The position numbers and the translations under genes are program-made. A stretch of DNA of 64,000 bases from an uncultured Armatimonadetes bacterium (GTDB lineage Bacteria; Armatimonadota; UBA5829; DTJY01), in the NCBI GenBank assembly GCA_963717145.1, contig OY970325.1, positions 4,064,001-4,128,000 of the forward strand, written 5' to 3'. Of the stretch, positions 22,043 through 32,063 are shown piece after piece. Positions within the stretch are counted from its first letter, which is position 1; every line of letters begins with the position of its first letter. The notes beneath the pieces were generated by a model, which saw only the letters and a list, made by a program, of their open reading frames with translations, had not been told where the DNA came from and did not search any database.

Positions 22043-22093
22043 CCGAAGGATACCCGTGCCTCCACAATGAACCTCTCTGTTGGTGTTCAACTC

Positions 22094-23074
22094 ATGCAAA
22101 CAATCGGGATAGACATCGGCGGGACGAAGATCGCGGGGGCACTGGTCGACCGCTCGGGGGAGATTCGCGACCGCATTCAGTGCCCCACGCGGGCATCCGA
22201 GGGCGCGGAGGCGGTCATGTCACGAGTGATCGACCTGGCCGCGAGTCTCCGTCAGGCGTCCGGCGGGAAGATCGAGGGCATCGGGGTCGCGTCCGGCGGC
22301 CAGATTGACCCCGTGACCGGCGTCGTCATCCACGCGACCGACCTGCTTCCCGGCTGGAAGGGCACGCGCATCACCGAGATGATCGAGACACGGTTCCGCG
22401 TCAGGGCACGCGCGCTCAATGACGGGAGCGCCGCCGCGCTCGGCGAGGGCCGGTTTGGGGCCGCCAGAGATGTCAGGGATTTCGTGCTCCTCACACTCGG
22501 GACCGGAGTCGGTGGAGGGATCGTGGCCGGCGGGAAGCTCGTCTCAGGCGCGCTCGGTGTCGCCGGCTCGATCGGCCACATGGTGATCGACTGCGACGGC
22601 CGCCCCTGCAACTGCGGGAGTCGCGGATGCCTCGAGGCATACGTCTCCGGGACGGCGATCCTCGGCCGGATGATCGAACTCGCCGATGAACGGGGCTACG
22701 ACTCCCAATTCATCAGGCGGTTGAGGCAGGGCGAGCCGCGCAGCTCGACCCTCATGCACGACGCGGTCAGGGACAGGCTCGGGAACGAGGTCGTTCGCGA
22801 GGCCGGCGACTACCTCGGCTGGGGGTTCGTCTCCCTGCTCAACCTGCTCAACCCGGCGATGATCGTGGTCGGCGGCGGAGTGGCCATCCTCGGGGAAGCG
22901 CTCCTGGATCCGGCGAGGGAGATCGCCCGAAAGCACGCGCTTCGAGGGGAATGGGACCCGGTCCGCATCGTCCGAGCCGAGTTGGGCAACAACGCGGGCC
23001 TCGTTGGGGCCGCGAGTTTGGTGTGGGAGGAACACAGAAGCGCGGAAGGAAAGGAATCACGGAATGCTCTCTGA
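22094..23074 (+). CDS. ROK family sugar kinase
   Basis: GIDIGGTK, LGTGVGGG, GHM, CNCGSRGCLE. Confidence 0.92.
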   Translation: MQTIGIDIGGTKIAGALVDRSGEIRDRIQCPTRASEGAEAVMSRVIDLAASLRQASGGKIEGIGVASGGQIDPVTGVVIHATDLLPGWKGTRITEMIETRFRVRARALNDGSAAALGEGRFGAARDVRDFVLLTLGTGVGGGIVAGGKLVSGALGVAGSIGHMVIDCDGRPCNCGSRGCLEAYVSGTAILGRMIELADERGYDSQFIRRLRQGEPRSSTLMHDAVRDRLGNEVVREAGDYLGWGFVSLLNLLNPAMIVVGGGVAILGEALLDPAREIARKHALRGEWDPVRIVRAELGNNAGLVGAASLVWEEHRSAEGKESRNAL

Positions 23075-25163
23075 TCTGAGTTCCATTTGCCATGCCTTCT
23101 GTGTTTTCTGTGTTCTTCTGTGCATTCTGTGTTCCAATGGAGTTGCAGCGGTGGATGATACTCAGGCGAAGGCGTTTTTCGAGTTGGTCAACCTCGACTA
23201 CTCGGGGCTGGAGGCGGTCAGGGCGGCCGTCCAATCGGGCGACTATGGTCAGGCGAAGGAGCGGATCGCTCAGTACTACAGGACCCGCACGAAGCCGGGG
23301 TGGTACTGCGACGAGCCTCCGGAAGGTGGCCTGTATCCCTCGCTCGACTCCACCACCGCCGATGACGTTCTCGCCCGCAGGTTCACCATCAGCAGCAAGA
23401 CCGCTCAGTACGAGCGCAAGATCGACTGGGCCGTCGTGCCCTATGGCGACCGGGAGTTCACCTGGCTGCTCAACCGGCACACCTACTTCCTCGAACTCGG
23501 GCGGGCGTATCTGCGGACCGGCGACGAGAAGTACGCCCTGGCATTCGACGAGATCATCACCGACTGGATCGTCAGCAATCCGGTGGCGGAGGCCGCCGGG
23601 CCCAGCAGGAACTCCTGGCGCACGCTCGAGGCAGGCATCAGGATGTTCAACTCCTGGCAGATGGCCTGGAACTCCTTCAGGGATTCGCCGAGCTTCACCA
23701 CGGACGCACGGATCATGATGCTCAAGTCCTTCGCCGAGCACGCGGAGTACCTGATGAAGTACCCACACGGCGGGAACTGGGAGCTGATGCAGTCGAACGG
23801 ACTGCTCCACGTCGGCGCGATGTTCCCCGAGTTCAGGGACGCTCAGAAGTGGAGAGAGACCGCCGTTGAGCGGCTCGTCAATCAGATGGCGATTCAGGTC
23901 TATCCGGACGGCGCGCAGTTCGAGCTTACGACCTCCTACCACAGCATCAGCCTGTGGAACCTGCTGCATCCCGTGATCCTGATGCACGCCGCCGGGAACT
24001 TCGAACTGCCCAGGGAATACATAGACCGGCTCGAGCAGATGTTTCGGTGGAGTGCCGGTGTCAGCCGGCCGGACGGCAAGGCGACGATGCTGAACGACTC
24101 CGACCAGCACGACATACTCGGCAGGGTGCAGCGTCCTGCGAGGGCGATAGGAGGCGGTACGATTCCCGAGATCAGCCGACTGCTCGATATCCGCTTGGAG
24201 AGCAAGTCGGTCTTCCTCCCGTATTCTGGCGTCTCAACCATGCGGGGGCAGGGCCTCTATCTGCTGATGGACGCCGGCCCCTACGGCGCGGGCCACCAGC
24301 ACGAAGACAAGCTGAACCTGGAGGTCTACGGCTACGGTCGTCCGTTCATCGTCGATCCGGGTCGCTTCACCTACACCGCCTCGGGAGTCCCGTTCAAGGC
24401 AACCGGTGCGCACAACACCATTCTGGTGGACGGCATGGGCCAGAATCGGAGGGCCTCGGACCGAGCCAAGTGGATCGTGAGTGAGCCGGCGCCGGGATGT
24501 CGTTGGATCTCGAACGACGGCTTCGACTACGCCGAGGGGATCTACAACGACGGTTTCGGGACGACGAACGACAAGACGGTTACGCACGTCCGCAAGGTGT
24601 TCTTCGTCAAGCCGGAGTATTGGATTGTGATCGACGTCTTGAAGGGCGAGGGGGAGCACAGTTTCGAGCAGATGTGGCACTTCATGCCCGGCAAGGTGGC
24701 CGCAGAGCCGGGTCTCGTTCGGACGCTTGATCCCGGCGCGAACCTGGCGGTGGTCCGAGTGGACGGCGCACAGGTGCGGATCGTTGAGGATGAGGATCGG
24801 CCGATCCTCGGGTACTACTCGCCAGTGTACAACGTGAGAGAGCCATCCCCGACCGCGGTGTTCACAGGGTCGTGCGCCGCTCCGATTGCCTTCGAGACGG
24901 TGCTCTATCCGTCACAGGGAGACGCGGTCGTGCCTCAGGTGCGAGCGCTCCACTGCCTGATCGACGCCCAGCATCCCGAGCCGGGGCAGGTCTCGGCGAT
25001 CTCGATCAGCCTGCCGGAGTACGAAGATGTCATCGTCATCTGCCACGACGCAGAGTCGATCGGCAAGACCAAGCGGGTCCTCGGCTTCGAGTTCACCGGC
25101 GAGGCGCTCTGGATCCGCACGAACAAGCAGGGCAACACACTGAAGAAGGCGAGCATTCCTTAG
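23064..25163 (+). CDS. Heparinase II/III family polysaccharide lyase
   Basis: WRTLEAGIR, NWELMQ, DGAQFELTTSYH, HQHEDKL, HNT. Confidence 0.85.
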   Translation: MLSDLSSICHAFCVFCVLLCILCSNGVAAVDDTQAKAFFELVNLDYSGLEAVRAAVQSGDYGQAKERIAQYYRTRTKPGWYCDEPPEGGLYPSLDSTTADDVLARRFTISSKTAQYERKIDWAVVPYGDREFTWLLNRHTYFLELGRAYLRTGDEKYALAFDEIITDWIVSNPVAEAAGPSRNSWRTLEAGIRMFNSWQMAWNSFRDSPSFTTDARIMMLKSFAEHAEYLMKYPHGGNWELMQSNGLLHVGAMFPEFRDAQKWRETAVERLVNQMAIQVYPDGAQFELTTSYHSISLWNLLHPVILMHAAGNFELPREYIDRLEQMFRWSAGVSRPDGKATMLNDSDQHDILGRVQRPARAIGGGTIPEISRLLDIRLESKSVFLPYSGVSTMRGQGLYLLMDAGPYGAGHQHEDKLNLEVYGYGRPFIVDPGRFTYTASGVPFKATGAHNTILVDGMGQNRRASDRAKWIVSEPAPGCRWISNDGFDYAEGIYNDGFGTTNDKTVTHVRKVFFVKPEYWIVIDVLKGEGEHSFEQMWHFMPGKVAAEPGLVRTLDPGANLAVVRVDGAQVRIVEDEDRPILGYYSPVYNVREPSPTAVFTGSCAAPIAFETVLYPSQGDAVVPQVRALHCLIDAQHPEPGQVSAISISLPEYEDVIVICHDAESIGKTKRVLGFEFTGEALWIRTNKQGNTLKKASIP

Positions 25164-25260
25164 AACACAGATAACACAGATGGTTACGGATTAGATGATC
25201 CATTCCCTTTCTGTGCTTTCCGTGTTCCATCTGTTCCATCTGTGTTCCAGAGGGGTTAGC

Positions 25261-26196
25261 ATGTTTGATGTAATCGGAATCGGATACACCGCGACGGACT
25301 ACCTGGGGATCGTGCCCAGGTACGCTGAGATCGATACCAAGATGGAGATGTCGCCGTTCATCAAGCAGGGCGGCGGACCGGCGGCGACCGCAATGGTGGC
25401 CGTTTCGCGGCTCGGCGGACGGGCGTCGTACGTCGGCAAGGTTGGCGACGACGACTTCGGCCGGTTCATGCTCGATCAACTCGCTGTGGAGGGCGTCGAT
25501 ACGTCTCAGGTGACCGTCGCGCCGGGGGCGGAATCCCAGTTCGCCTTCATCGTCGTGGACGGCGAAACCGGAAAGCGGACGATCTACTGGACGCGCTCAG
25601 GAGTGCCGTCGCTCAGGCCCGACGAACTCGACCGGGAGCACGTCCTTTCGGCGAAGGTGCTGCTCGTCGACGGGCACGACATTGAGGCGGCGATCGAGGC
25701 CGCGGGATGGGCGAATGAGGCGGGAATCCCTGTGGTCTACGATGCCGGTACCGCCCGCGAGAACACCGACGTGCTGTTCGAGCGGACCAACTATCTGGCG
25801 GCCTCGAAGCTGTTCGCGACCTCGTTCACGGGGGAGGATGATCCCGAGAAAGCGGCGAGTGCGATGTTTGGCGGGCGACGGAAGCTCTCGGCGGTGACCC
25901 TGGGCAGCGAGGGCTGCTTCTACGCGACCTCGGAGGGCACGGCGTATCAGCCGGCGTTCCAGGTCGATACGGTCGATACCACCGGCGCGGGCGATGTCTT
26001 CCACGGTGCGATGGCGTTTGCGGTGTTCAAGGATTGGCCGATTCCCGAGATGGTCGAGTTCGCGAGTGCGGTGGCGGCGATGAAATGCACCGCCCTCGGC
26101 GGCCGGACCGCGATCCCCTCCCTGCCCCAGGCGCTCGGATTCTTGCGTGAGAGATCACCCAACGGGTTCTGGAGCAGCCAGGCGCATTCGAGTTGA
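25261..26196 (+). CDS. PfkB family carbohydrate kinase
   Basis: GGGPAAT, VGDDDFG, DTTGAGDVF; last residues come from the MITE. Confidence 0.92.
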   Translation: MFDVIGIGYTATDYLGIVPRYAEIDTKMEMSPFIKQGGGPAATAMVAVSRLGGRASYVGKVGDDDFGRFMLDQLAVEGVDTSQVTVAPGAESQFAFIVVDGETGKRTIYWTRSGVPSLRPDELDREHVLSAKVLLVDGHDIEAAIEAAGWANEAGIPVVYDAGTARENTDVLFERTNYLAASKLFATSFTGEDDPEKAASAMFGGRRKLSAVTLGSEGCFYATSEGTAYQPAFQVDTVDTTGAGDVFHGAMAFAVFKDWPIPEMVEFASAVAAMKCTALGGRTAIPSLPQALGFLRERSPNGFWSSQAHSS

Positions 26197-26354
26197 GTGG
26201 GTGGCGACCGTCTCTCGATATGGTTTCCAGAGAAACCGACTCGAGACTAGACGGGTTTGGGCTTGGGAAGCTTGGCAAGCTACCCAACCGTTCTCCTCGA
26301 GTAGCCACTCTGGTGGCATAACGAGAGGCTGACTCACTCTGCGGAGATGCACCC
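26180..26354. mobile_element. ISKra4-type MITE, copy 1
   Basis: Ends resemble the ISKra4 termini; 9-bp target duplication GGAGCAGCC (26171-26179, 26355-26363). Confidence 0.85.
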
Positions 26355-26430
26355 GGAGCAGCCTCTAAGATACGCCACTCCCCGCGGGTTTCTGGTATAA
26401 TGCGCGAAGAATCGAGTTCGGAGGTAGATC

Positions 26431-29205
26431 ATGAGAGCCGGAAATACTCGTCCATTCTTTTTGATGCTGGCGCTGATCGTGCTGGCAGCAACAATCGCGC
26501 CGGTACTCGGCCAGCAGGCGGAGGTCCGGGAGACCGTCCTGCCGAACGGCCTGAAGGTGCTCACGAAGGAAGTCCATGCCGTCCCGGTCGTCAGCTTCCA
26601 GGTCTGGTACAAGGTCGGCTCTCGGAATGAGCAGCTCGGAAAGACCGGACTGTCTCACCTGCTGGAACACATGCAGTTCAAAGGCACGAAGTCGCTCGGG
26701 AAGGGCGAGATCGACCGCCTGATCCAGAAGAATGGCGGCATCAGCAACGCGACCACCTGGAAGGACCGGACCCACTACTACGAGACGTTCTCCAGTGACA
26801 GGCTCGAGCTGGCGATGCGCATCGAATCCGACCGCATGGTGAACAGCCGGATGGACGCCAAGGAACTCGAGTCGGAGAAGGTCGTAGTTCGCTCGGAACT
26901 CGAAGGCGGCGAGAACAGCCCGGATTCGCTGATCTACTATGAGTTGTATGCCACCGCGTTCAAGGCACATCCCTACCAGTGGCCGACGATCGGCTGGGTC
27001 GCGGACCTGGGCTCGATCACCCGGGACGACCTGTACAGCTACTACAAGACTTACTATCAGCCGAACAATGCGACGGTCGTGATCGTCGGCGACTTCCAGG
27101 CCGAGAAGGCGCTGGCACTCGTGAACAAGTACTTCGGCAAGATCAAGAAGGGCGACGATCCACCCAAGGTCACAGCTAAGGAGCCGGTCCAGTTCGGTGG
27201 ACGGCGCGCGATCGTCAGCAGGGCGGGCAACGCGTCCCGAGTGATGATGGGCTTCAAGACCCCGGCGGTCGGCGATCCGGACAACTATCCGCTCGATGTG
27301 CTGGAGATCGTGCTGAGCAGTGGGACGAGCAGCCGCCTGTATAAGGCGCTCGTGGACAAGCAACTTGCGACCGAAGCCTGGGCGAGCGCGACCGTCGGCA
27401 AGGACCCCGATCTATTCCTCCTCGGAGGAACCGCCCGCGACGGCGTGAAGATCGAGGATGTCGAGGCCGCGCTCCTGGCCGAGGTCGAGAAGATCAAGAC
27501 CGAGGGCATCACGGACCAGGAACTTCAGAAGGCGCTCAACCAACTCGAGGCGTCGTTTGTCTACGCCAATGACAGCGTCTCCGCGCAGGCCCGGCAACTC
27601 GGAGAGTTCGAGACCATGTACTCCTGGCGGTACATCGTGGAATACCTGTCGAACGCGCAGAAGGTGAGCAGGGAAGACGTAGGTCGTGTGGCCCGGAAGT
27701 ACTTCACCGAGATGGGCCGGACCGTCGTGACGTTCGTTCCTGAGGAGTCAGGAGTCAGGAGTCAGAAGTCAGAAGTCGGCAGGGAGCAGATGGCACTGCC
27801 CTTTGAGAGGTTGGCAGCTTACAAACCGGATGTGGAGACACGGAGAGTGGGAGAACGGGAGAGTGGGAGAGTGGGAGACAAACCCATACTATCCGCCGAG
27901 GAATCCGAAATCCGCAGTCCGACATCCGCAATTCAGCCGAAGCGGGTGGTGCTCGATAACGGTATGGTCGTCATCATCTACCCGAACCGGAGCAATGCGA
28001 CGATCGCCGTGACCGGAAGCCTGGGCGCCGGTTCGATGCTCGATCCGACGGGCAAGGCCGGAGTCGCGCCGGTGACCGCCGGACTGCTCATGAAGGGCAC
28101 GAAAACCCGCACCGCCGATCAGCTCGCGGCCGAGAGGGACTTTCTCGCCATCCGCATGGGCACGGGCGCGGACACCGAGTCAGCCTCGTTCAGCACGTAC
28201 TCGCTCTCGAAGCACTTCGACAAATCGCTCGAACTGCTGTCCGACGTGCTGCGCAACCCGACATTCCCAGCGGACGAACTCGAGAAGCTGAGGATGAGAC
28301 GCCTCTCCGCCATCAAGCAGGAGCAGGACGACCCGCAATCGCTCGCGTTCCGGAAGTTCTACGGCACGGTCTACCCGAAGGGGCATCCGTACCATCAGAA
28401 TTCGATCGAAGAGGAAGCGGCGAACACCTCCGCGATCACAAGGGATGACATCACCGACTTCTACGGCAAGTACTATGGCCCGCAGACCGCGATCATCGTG
28501 GTCGTCGGCGATGTCGATGAGCAGACGGCGCTGGCAAAGATCAAGCAGTATTTCGGCGACTGGAAGCCGACCGGTCCCGCCGTAGTCCCGAAGCAAGTTC
28601 GGGACCTGATCCCGGACACGCCGCTTCAGGCGTCCATCGTGAAGGAGATCATCCAGGTGCCGGACAAGTCGCAGGCCGACGTGGTCCTCGGCTATGCGAG
28701 CACTCTGAAGCGGTCCGATCCGGACTTCTATGTCGCGACGATTATGAACTACATCCTCGGCGGCGGCGGAGCGCTCGGCAGCCGGTTCGGGAACGTCATC
28801 CGCGACGAGATGGGCCTCGTCTACACCGTCTACAGCGGCTTCGACTCGACGCTCGGCGCCGGGCCGTGGTACGCTTACCTCGGCACGAACCCGGAGAACA
28901 TAGACAAGGCAGTCACTACGCTGCTCGACCAGATGAAGCTCATGCGCGACAAGGGTGCGACGAAGGTGGAGGTCCAGGAGGCGCTGGACTACATCACGGG
29001 CTCGTTCGCGGCGCGCCGACTCGAGACGAACAGCGCGATCGCGGATACCCTGCACGCCGCTGAGTTCTTCGGCCTGGGGATCGATTACATTCAGAAATAC
29101 CAGAGCCTCTATCGGGCGGTGACACTCGATCAGGTGAACGCCGCCGCAAGGAAGTACCTGCACACGGATCAGTACACGATCGTGGAAGCAGGAACGATCA
29201 AGTAG
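26431..29205 (+). CDS. M16 family (pitrilysin-like) zinc peptidase, fused halves
   Basis: HLLEH (HxxEH) motif, NATT, signal peptide. Confidence 0.92.
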   Translation: MRAGNTRPFFLMLALIVLAATIAPVLGQQAEVRETVLPNGLKVLTKEVHAVPVVSFQVWYKVGSRNEQLGKTGLSHLLEHMQFKGTKSLGKGEIDRLIQKNGGISNATTWKDRTHYYETFSSDRLELAMRIESDRMVNSRMDAKELESEKVVVRSELEGGENSPDSLIYYELYATAFKAHPYQWPTIGWVADLGSITRDDLYSYYKTYYQPNNATVVIVGDFQAEKALALVNKYFGKIKKGDDPPKVTAKEPVQFGGRRAIVSRAGNASRVMMGFKTPAVGDPDNYPLDVLEIVLSSGTSSRLYKALVDKQLATEAWASATVGKDPDLFLLGGTARDGVKIEDVEAALLAEVEKIKTEGITDQELQKALNQLEASFVYANDSVSAQARQLGEFETMYSWRYIVEYLSNAQKVSREDVGRVARKYFTEMGRTVVTFVPEESGVRSQKSEVGREQMALPFERLAAYKPDVETRRVGERESGRVGDKPILSAEESEIRSPTSAIQPKRVVLDNGMVVIIYPNRSNATIAVTGSLGAGSMLDPTGKAGVAPVTAGLLMKGTKTRTADQLAAERDFLAIRMGTGADTESASFSTYSLSKHFDKSLELLSDVLRNPTFPADELEKLRMRRLSAIKQEQDDPQSLAFRKFYGTVYPKGHPYHQNSIEEEAANTSAITRDDITDFYGKYYGPQTAIIVVVGDVDEQTALAKIKQYFGDWKPTGPAVVPKQVRDLIPDTPLQASIVKEIIQVPDKSQADVVLGYASTLKRSDPDFYVATIMNYILGGGGALGSRFGNVIRDEMGLVYTVYSGFDSTLGAGPWYAYLGTNPENIDKAVTTLLDQMKLMRDKGATKVEVQEALDYITGSFAARRLETNSAIADTLHAAEFFGLGIDYIQKYQSLYRAVTLDQVNAAARKYLHTDQYTIVEAGTIK

Positions 29206-29316
29206 GGAATGGTTTATGGTTTGTGGTTGATGGCTGATGGGGAACCGGTTCCCATTCCCCATTCCCCATTGACCATTAACCATCAGCCATCAACCATTCC
29301 CCGTCAACCATTCCCC
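29205..29316. repeat. Inverted heptamer array (atggttg / ccatcaa)
   Basis: Tandem 7-mers then their complement; same family at 17377, 47445, 54064, 59109, 60162. Confidence 0.85.
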
Positions 29317-29394
29317 CGGGTTTGGCGTATAACAGGCGGGGGGTAAACTGCGCGCGGAGGCTCCAACGATGCCGCCGTGCTTTGGAGGTGTGTC

Positions 29395-29817
29395 ATGGCG
29401 TCGCATCGGCGGCCGTTCTTTACGTTCTTTATCATCATCCTGCTGGGCTTGACTCTGTACAATGCATGGCAGGTCCGTGCGCTCCGCGCAGAGGTCACCG
29501 TCCTGAGGACGCAGGTGGCGCTGCTGAGGACCGGCGGCGAGAAGCCGGCCCGCGGCGCTCTCGATAGCGTGGACCTGGCCCGCAAGCATGCGGATCTGGC
29601 GCGGAAGTATGTAGCAGATGGTGAGTTCAAGAAGGCGCGCGTCGAGTTGGAGAAGAGCCTCGAGTACATGAAGCGCTTCAGCCAGACGTCCGAGGAGTCG
29701 TCGAAAGACACGATTGATCGGCTCCAGGATACCTGGCGGGATGCCGGCAAGAGCATCGACAAGATGTGGCGCGGCGTCACCGAGAAATCGGGGGAAGCGA
29801 AAAACAAAGGAGGCTGA
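29395..29817 (+). CDS. Membrane-anchored coiled-coil hypothetical protein
   Basis: GGAGG RBS, N-terminal TM, helical. Confidence 0.7.
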   Translation: MASHRRPFFTFFIIILLGLTLYNAWQVRALRAEVTVLRTQVALLRTGGEKPARGALDSVDLARKHADLARKYVADGEFKKARVELEKSLEYMKRFSQTSEESSKDTIDRLQDTWRDAGKSIDKMWRGVTEKSGEAKNKGG

Positions 29818-29822
29818 ACGAA

Positions 29823-30566
29823 ATGCGTAAGCGTTGGCATATTGCACTGCTGCTGGTGGCGCTCATGCTGTCCATCTCAGTCCTGTCCGGCTGCAAGCCC
29901 GCCGGCCTTGTCAGCAACAGTCAGGAAGTGGAGATCGGCAGACAGTCTGCTCAGCAGGTGGAATCGCAGTATCCGGTGAATAAGGACCCGGAACTGAATA
30001 GAATGGTGACGACGATGGGGAAGAACCTTGCCCGTTTCTCACCCCGTCAGAACGTTGAATACACATTCAAGATCCTGGACATCAAGGACGTGAACGCCGT
30101 GTCGCTGCCCGGGGGTTGGATCTACGTCTACAAGGGCCTGATCGACACGACGAAGGGCAGTCCCGACCAGATGGCGGGAGTCATCGCGCACGAGATAGCG
30201 CACGTAGCGCTCCGACACCACGCCGACATGATCGGGCGTCAGACGTACGCGGGCATACTCGTACAGACGCTGACGCGTGGCGATGTCCAGCAGTGGGCAA
30301 ACCTGTTCGCGAATTTACAGCTTCTACAGTGGAGCCGGGAGCATGAGTTCGAAGCTGACCGAGATGGGATCGACATCATGTTCAAGTCCAAGCAATACGA
30401 TCCCCAGGGATTGGTCAACTTCTTTGGCGCACTGGACAAGCTGCACAAGGATAATCCATCGAAGTTCGAGCAGATGTTCAGGACGCACCCTGTGACGGCT
30501 GAGCGCGTCAAGCGCGCGCAGTCACATCTGGATGATCTCAAAGCCGGTCGAGTCCAGCCGAAGTAG
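29823..30566 (+). CDS. M48 family metallopeptidase lipoprotein
   Basis: Lipobox LSGC, NAVSLPGG, HEIAH, EFEAD, THP. Confidence 0.9.
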   Translation: MRKRWHIALLLVALMLSISVLSGCKPAGLVSNSQEVEIGRQSAQQVESQYPVNKDPELNRMVTTMGKNLARFSPRQNVEYTFKILDIKDVNAVSLPGGWIYVYKGLIDTTKGSPDQMAGVIAHEIAHVALRHHADMIGRQTYAGILVQTLTRGDVQQWANLFANLQLLQWSREHEFEADRDGIDIMFKSKQYDPQGLVNFFGALDKLHKDNPSKFEQMFRTHPVTAERVKRAQSHLDDLKAGRVQPK

Positions 30567-30599
30567 ACCTTGTGTGGGCCGGCCCGTCAGGAGAGCACG

Positions 30600-31280
30600 T
30601 TGAAACTAACTGTTGTGGTTCCGGCCTACAATGAGGGAGAGCGACTGCGCGGGGTTCTCGGTGTGCTTCAGGAGTGCGCGGTCGTCGACGACATCATCGT
30701 TGTGAGCGACGGCTCGACCGATAATACTTGCGATGTGGCACGCTCATACAACGGCGTGACGGCATTCCAATTGCCGCACAATGTCGGCAAAGGCGGCGCG
30801 ATGGTTGCCGGCGCCAAGCGTGCCACGTCCGAGTTCATCGCCTTCCTCGACGCCGACCTGATCGGCTTGACTCCCTCCCACGTGGAGGCTCTCGTTTCCC
30901 CCGTGCTGTCCGGAGAAGTCGATATGACCATCGGCATATTCAAAGGCGGCCGCCCGCGCACGGACTGGGCACAGGTCATCGCTCCGTTCATCTCGGGACA
31001 GAGGGCGCTTTCGAGGGATGAGTTCCTCTCGATACCGGGCCTCGACGAGGCCAGATACGGCGTCGAAGTGGCAATAACCAGGCATATCAGGGACAGGGGA
31101 CTTGCCATCCGCACTGTGGCTCTCATGGGAATGACTCACCCCATGAAAGAGGAGAAGATCGGCTACATTCGGGGGACGGGCGCACGGATGACGATGTACT
31201 GGGAGATCATGAAGATGGTCTGCAGTTGGCAGGGTCGAAAGTCGAAGGTTGAGAGTCGAAAGCTGAAAGTTGAGAGTTAA
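30600..31280 (+). CDS. GT2 family glycosyltransferase
   Basis: VPAYNE, DGSTD, GKGGAM, DAD, SGQRA; C-terminus from a heptamer array. Confidence 0.88.
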   Translation: MKLTVVVPAYNEGERLRGVLGVLQECAVVDDIIVVSDGSTDNTCDVARSYNGVTAFQLPHNVGKGGAMVAGAKRATSEFIAFLDADLIGLTPSHVEALVSPVLSGEVDMTIGIFKGGRPRTDWAQVIAPFISGQRALSRDEFLSIPGLDEARYGVEVAITRHIRDRGLAIRTVALMGMTHPMKEEKIGYIRGTGARMTMYWEIMKMVCSWQGRKSKVESRKLKVES

Positions 31281-31349
31281 GGTTGTAGGGGCGTGCCTTG
31301 TGCCGCCCGCGACACCGAACCGGGCGGCACAAGGCACGCCCCTACAACC
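31281..31349. repeat. GTAG-type REP pair
   Basis: gtaggggcgtgccttgtgccgcccg ... cgggcggcacaaggcacgcccctac. Confidence 0.85.
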
Positions 31350-31609
31350 GGTTCATCTGGAGACGCCTCCTACAACAGTGATCCCCGGCACATGATCCGC
31401 TCTGCCTCCGCCAAGTTGGTCCCGGGTGTTGATGCCGAGCACCTCGTCCGGCCCGCACGATACCGATGACGCGCGCATCCCCTGCGATTATAACTCCTGC
31501 ACTGCCCAGCGACAAGCGCCGACAGTTTCGCGCACCGACATGCCGGGTATGAGAACAAGGGTATGGCGCAGATGACTGCGCCGACAGGATGTCAATGGAG
31601 GTGAAACCC

Positions 31610-32047
31610 ATGACGGTACAGAGGGTAGTTTGTCTGGCACTGGTGGTAGTATTTGCGTCTACCGTGATGCTGACCAGTCCGGCGTACTCGGCAAACCTGC
31701 TTACGCAGGCATTGAAGCTGTTCGGAATCGGCTACGTGGTAAGCCACTTCGGACCGCAGATCGACAAGTTCATCACGAGCCTCGCCGGCCAGCGTGGAGT
31801 CCAATGGGAGGGCGCGACAAAGGTGGTCCCGATCGTGTCGGTTGGCCAGGGATTCTTCGTAGGTGCGGCACAGGTGGTCGGGGAGCCGAACCAGGTAGAC
31901 AAGGTCAAAGCTGTCGGCCAGGTCGAGGCGACTCTGTCGAGCTTCAGCGGCAGGCTGCTCGTCCCCGTGGACACATCGAACCCGACAAAGAACCTGTCGC
32001 GCGTCAACGGAGTGGGCGTGTCCGCGCTGGTCGATTTCAAGATCTAG
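31610..32047 (+). CDS. Secreted hypothetical protein
   Basis: Signal peptide; domain shared with the next gene. Confidence 0.75.
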   Translation: MTVQRVVCLALVVVFASTVMLTSPAYSANLLTQALKLFGIGYVVSHFGPQIDKFITSLAGQRGVQWEGATKVVPIVSVGQGFFVGAAQVVGEPNQVDKVKAVGQVEATLSSFSGRLLVPVDTSNPTKNLSRVNGVGVSALVDFKI

Positions 32048-32063
32048 CAGAGGAGGAGGGATT

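Noticed and set aside
29205-29316. Heptamer arrays as CRISPR or phase-variation tracts
   Set aside because: No spacers; units are degenerate and arranged as inverted arms
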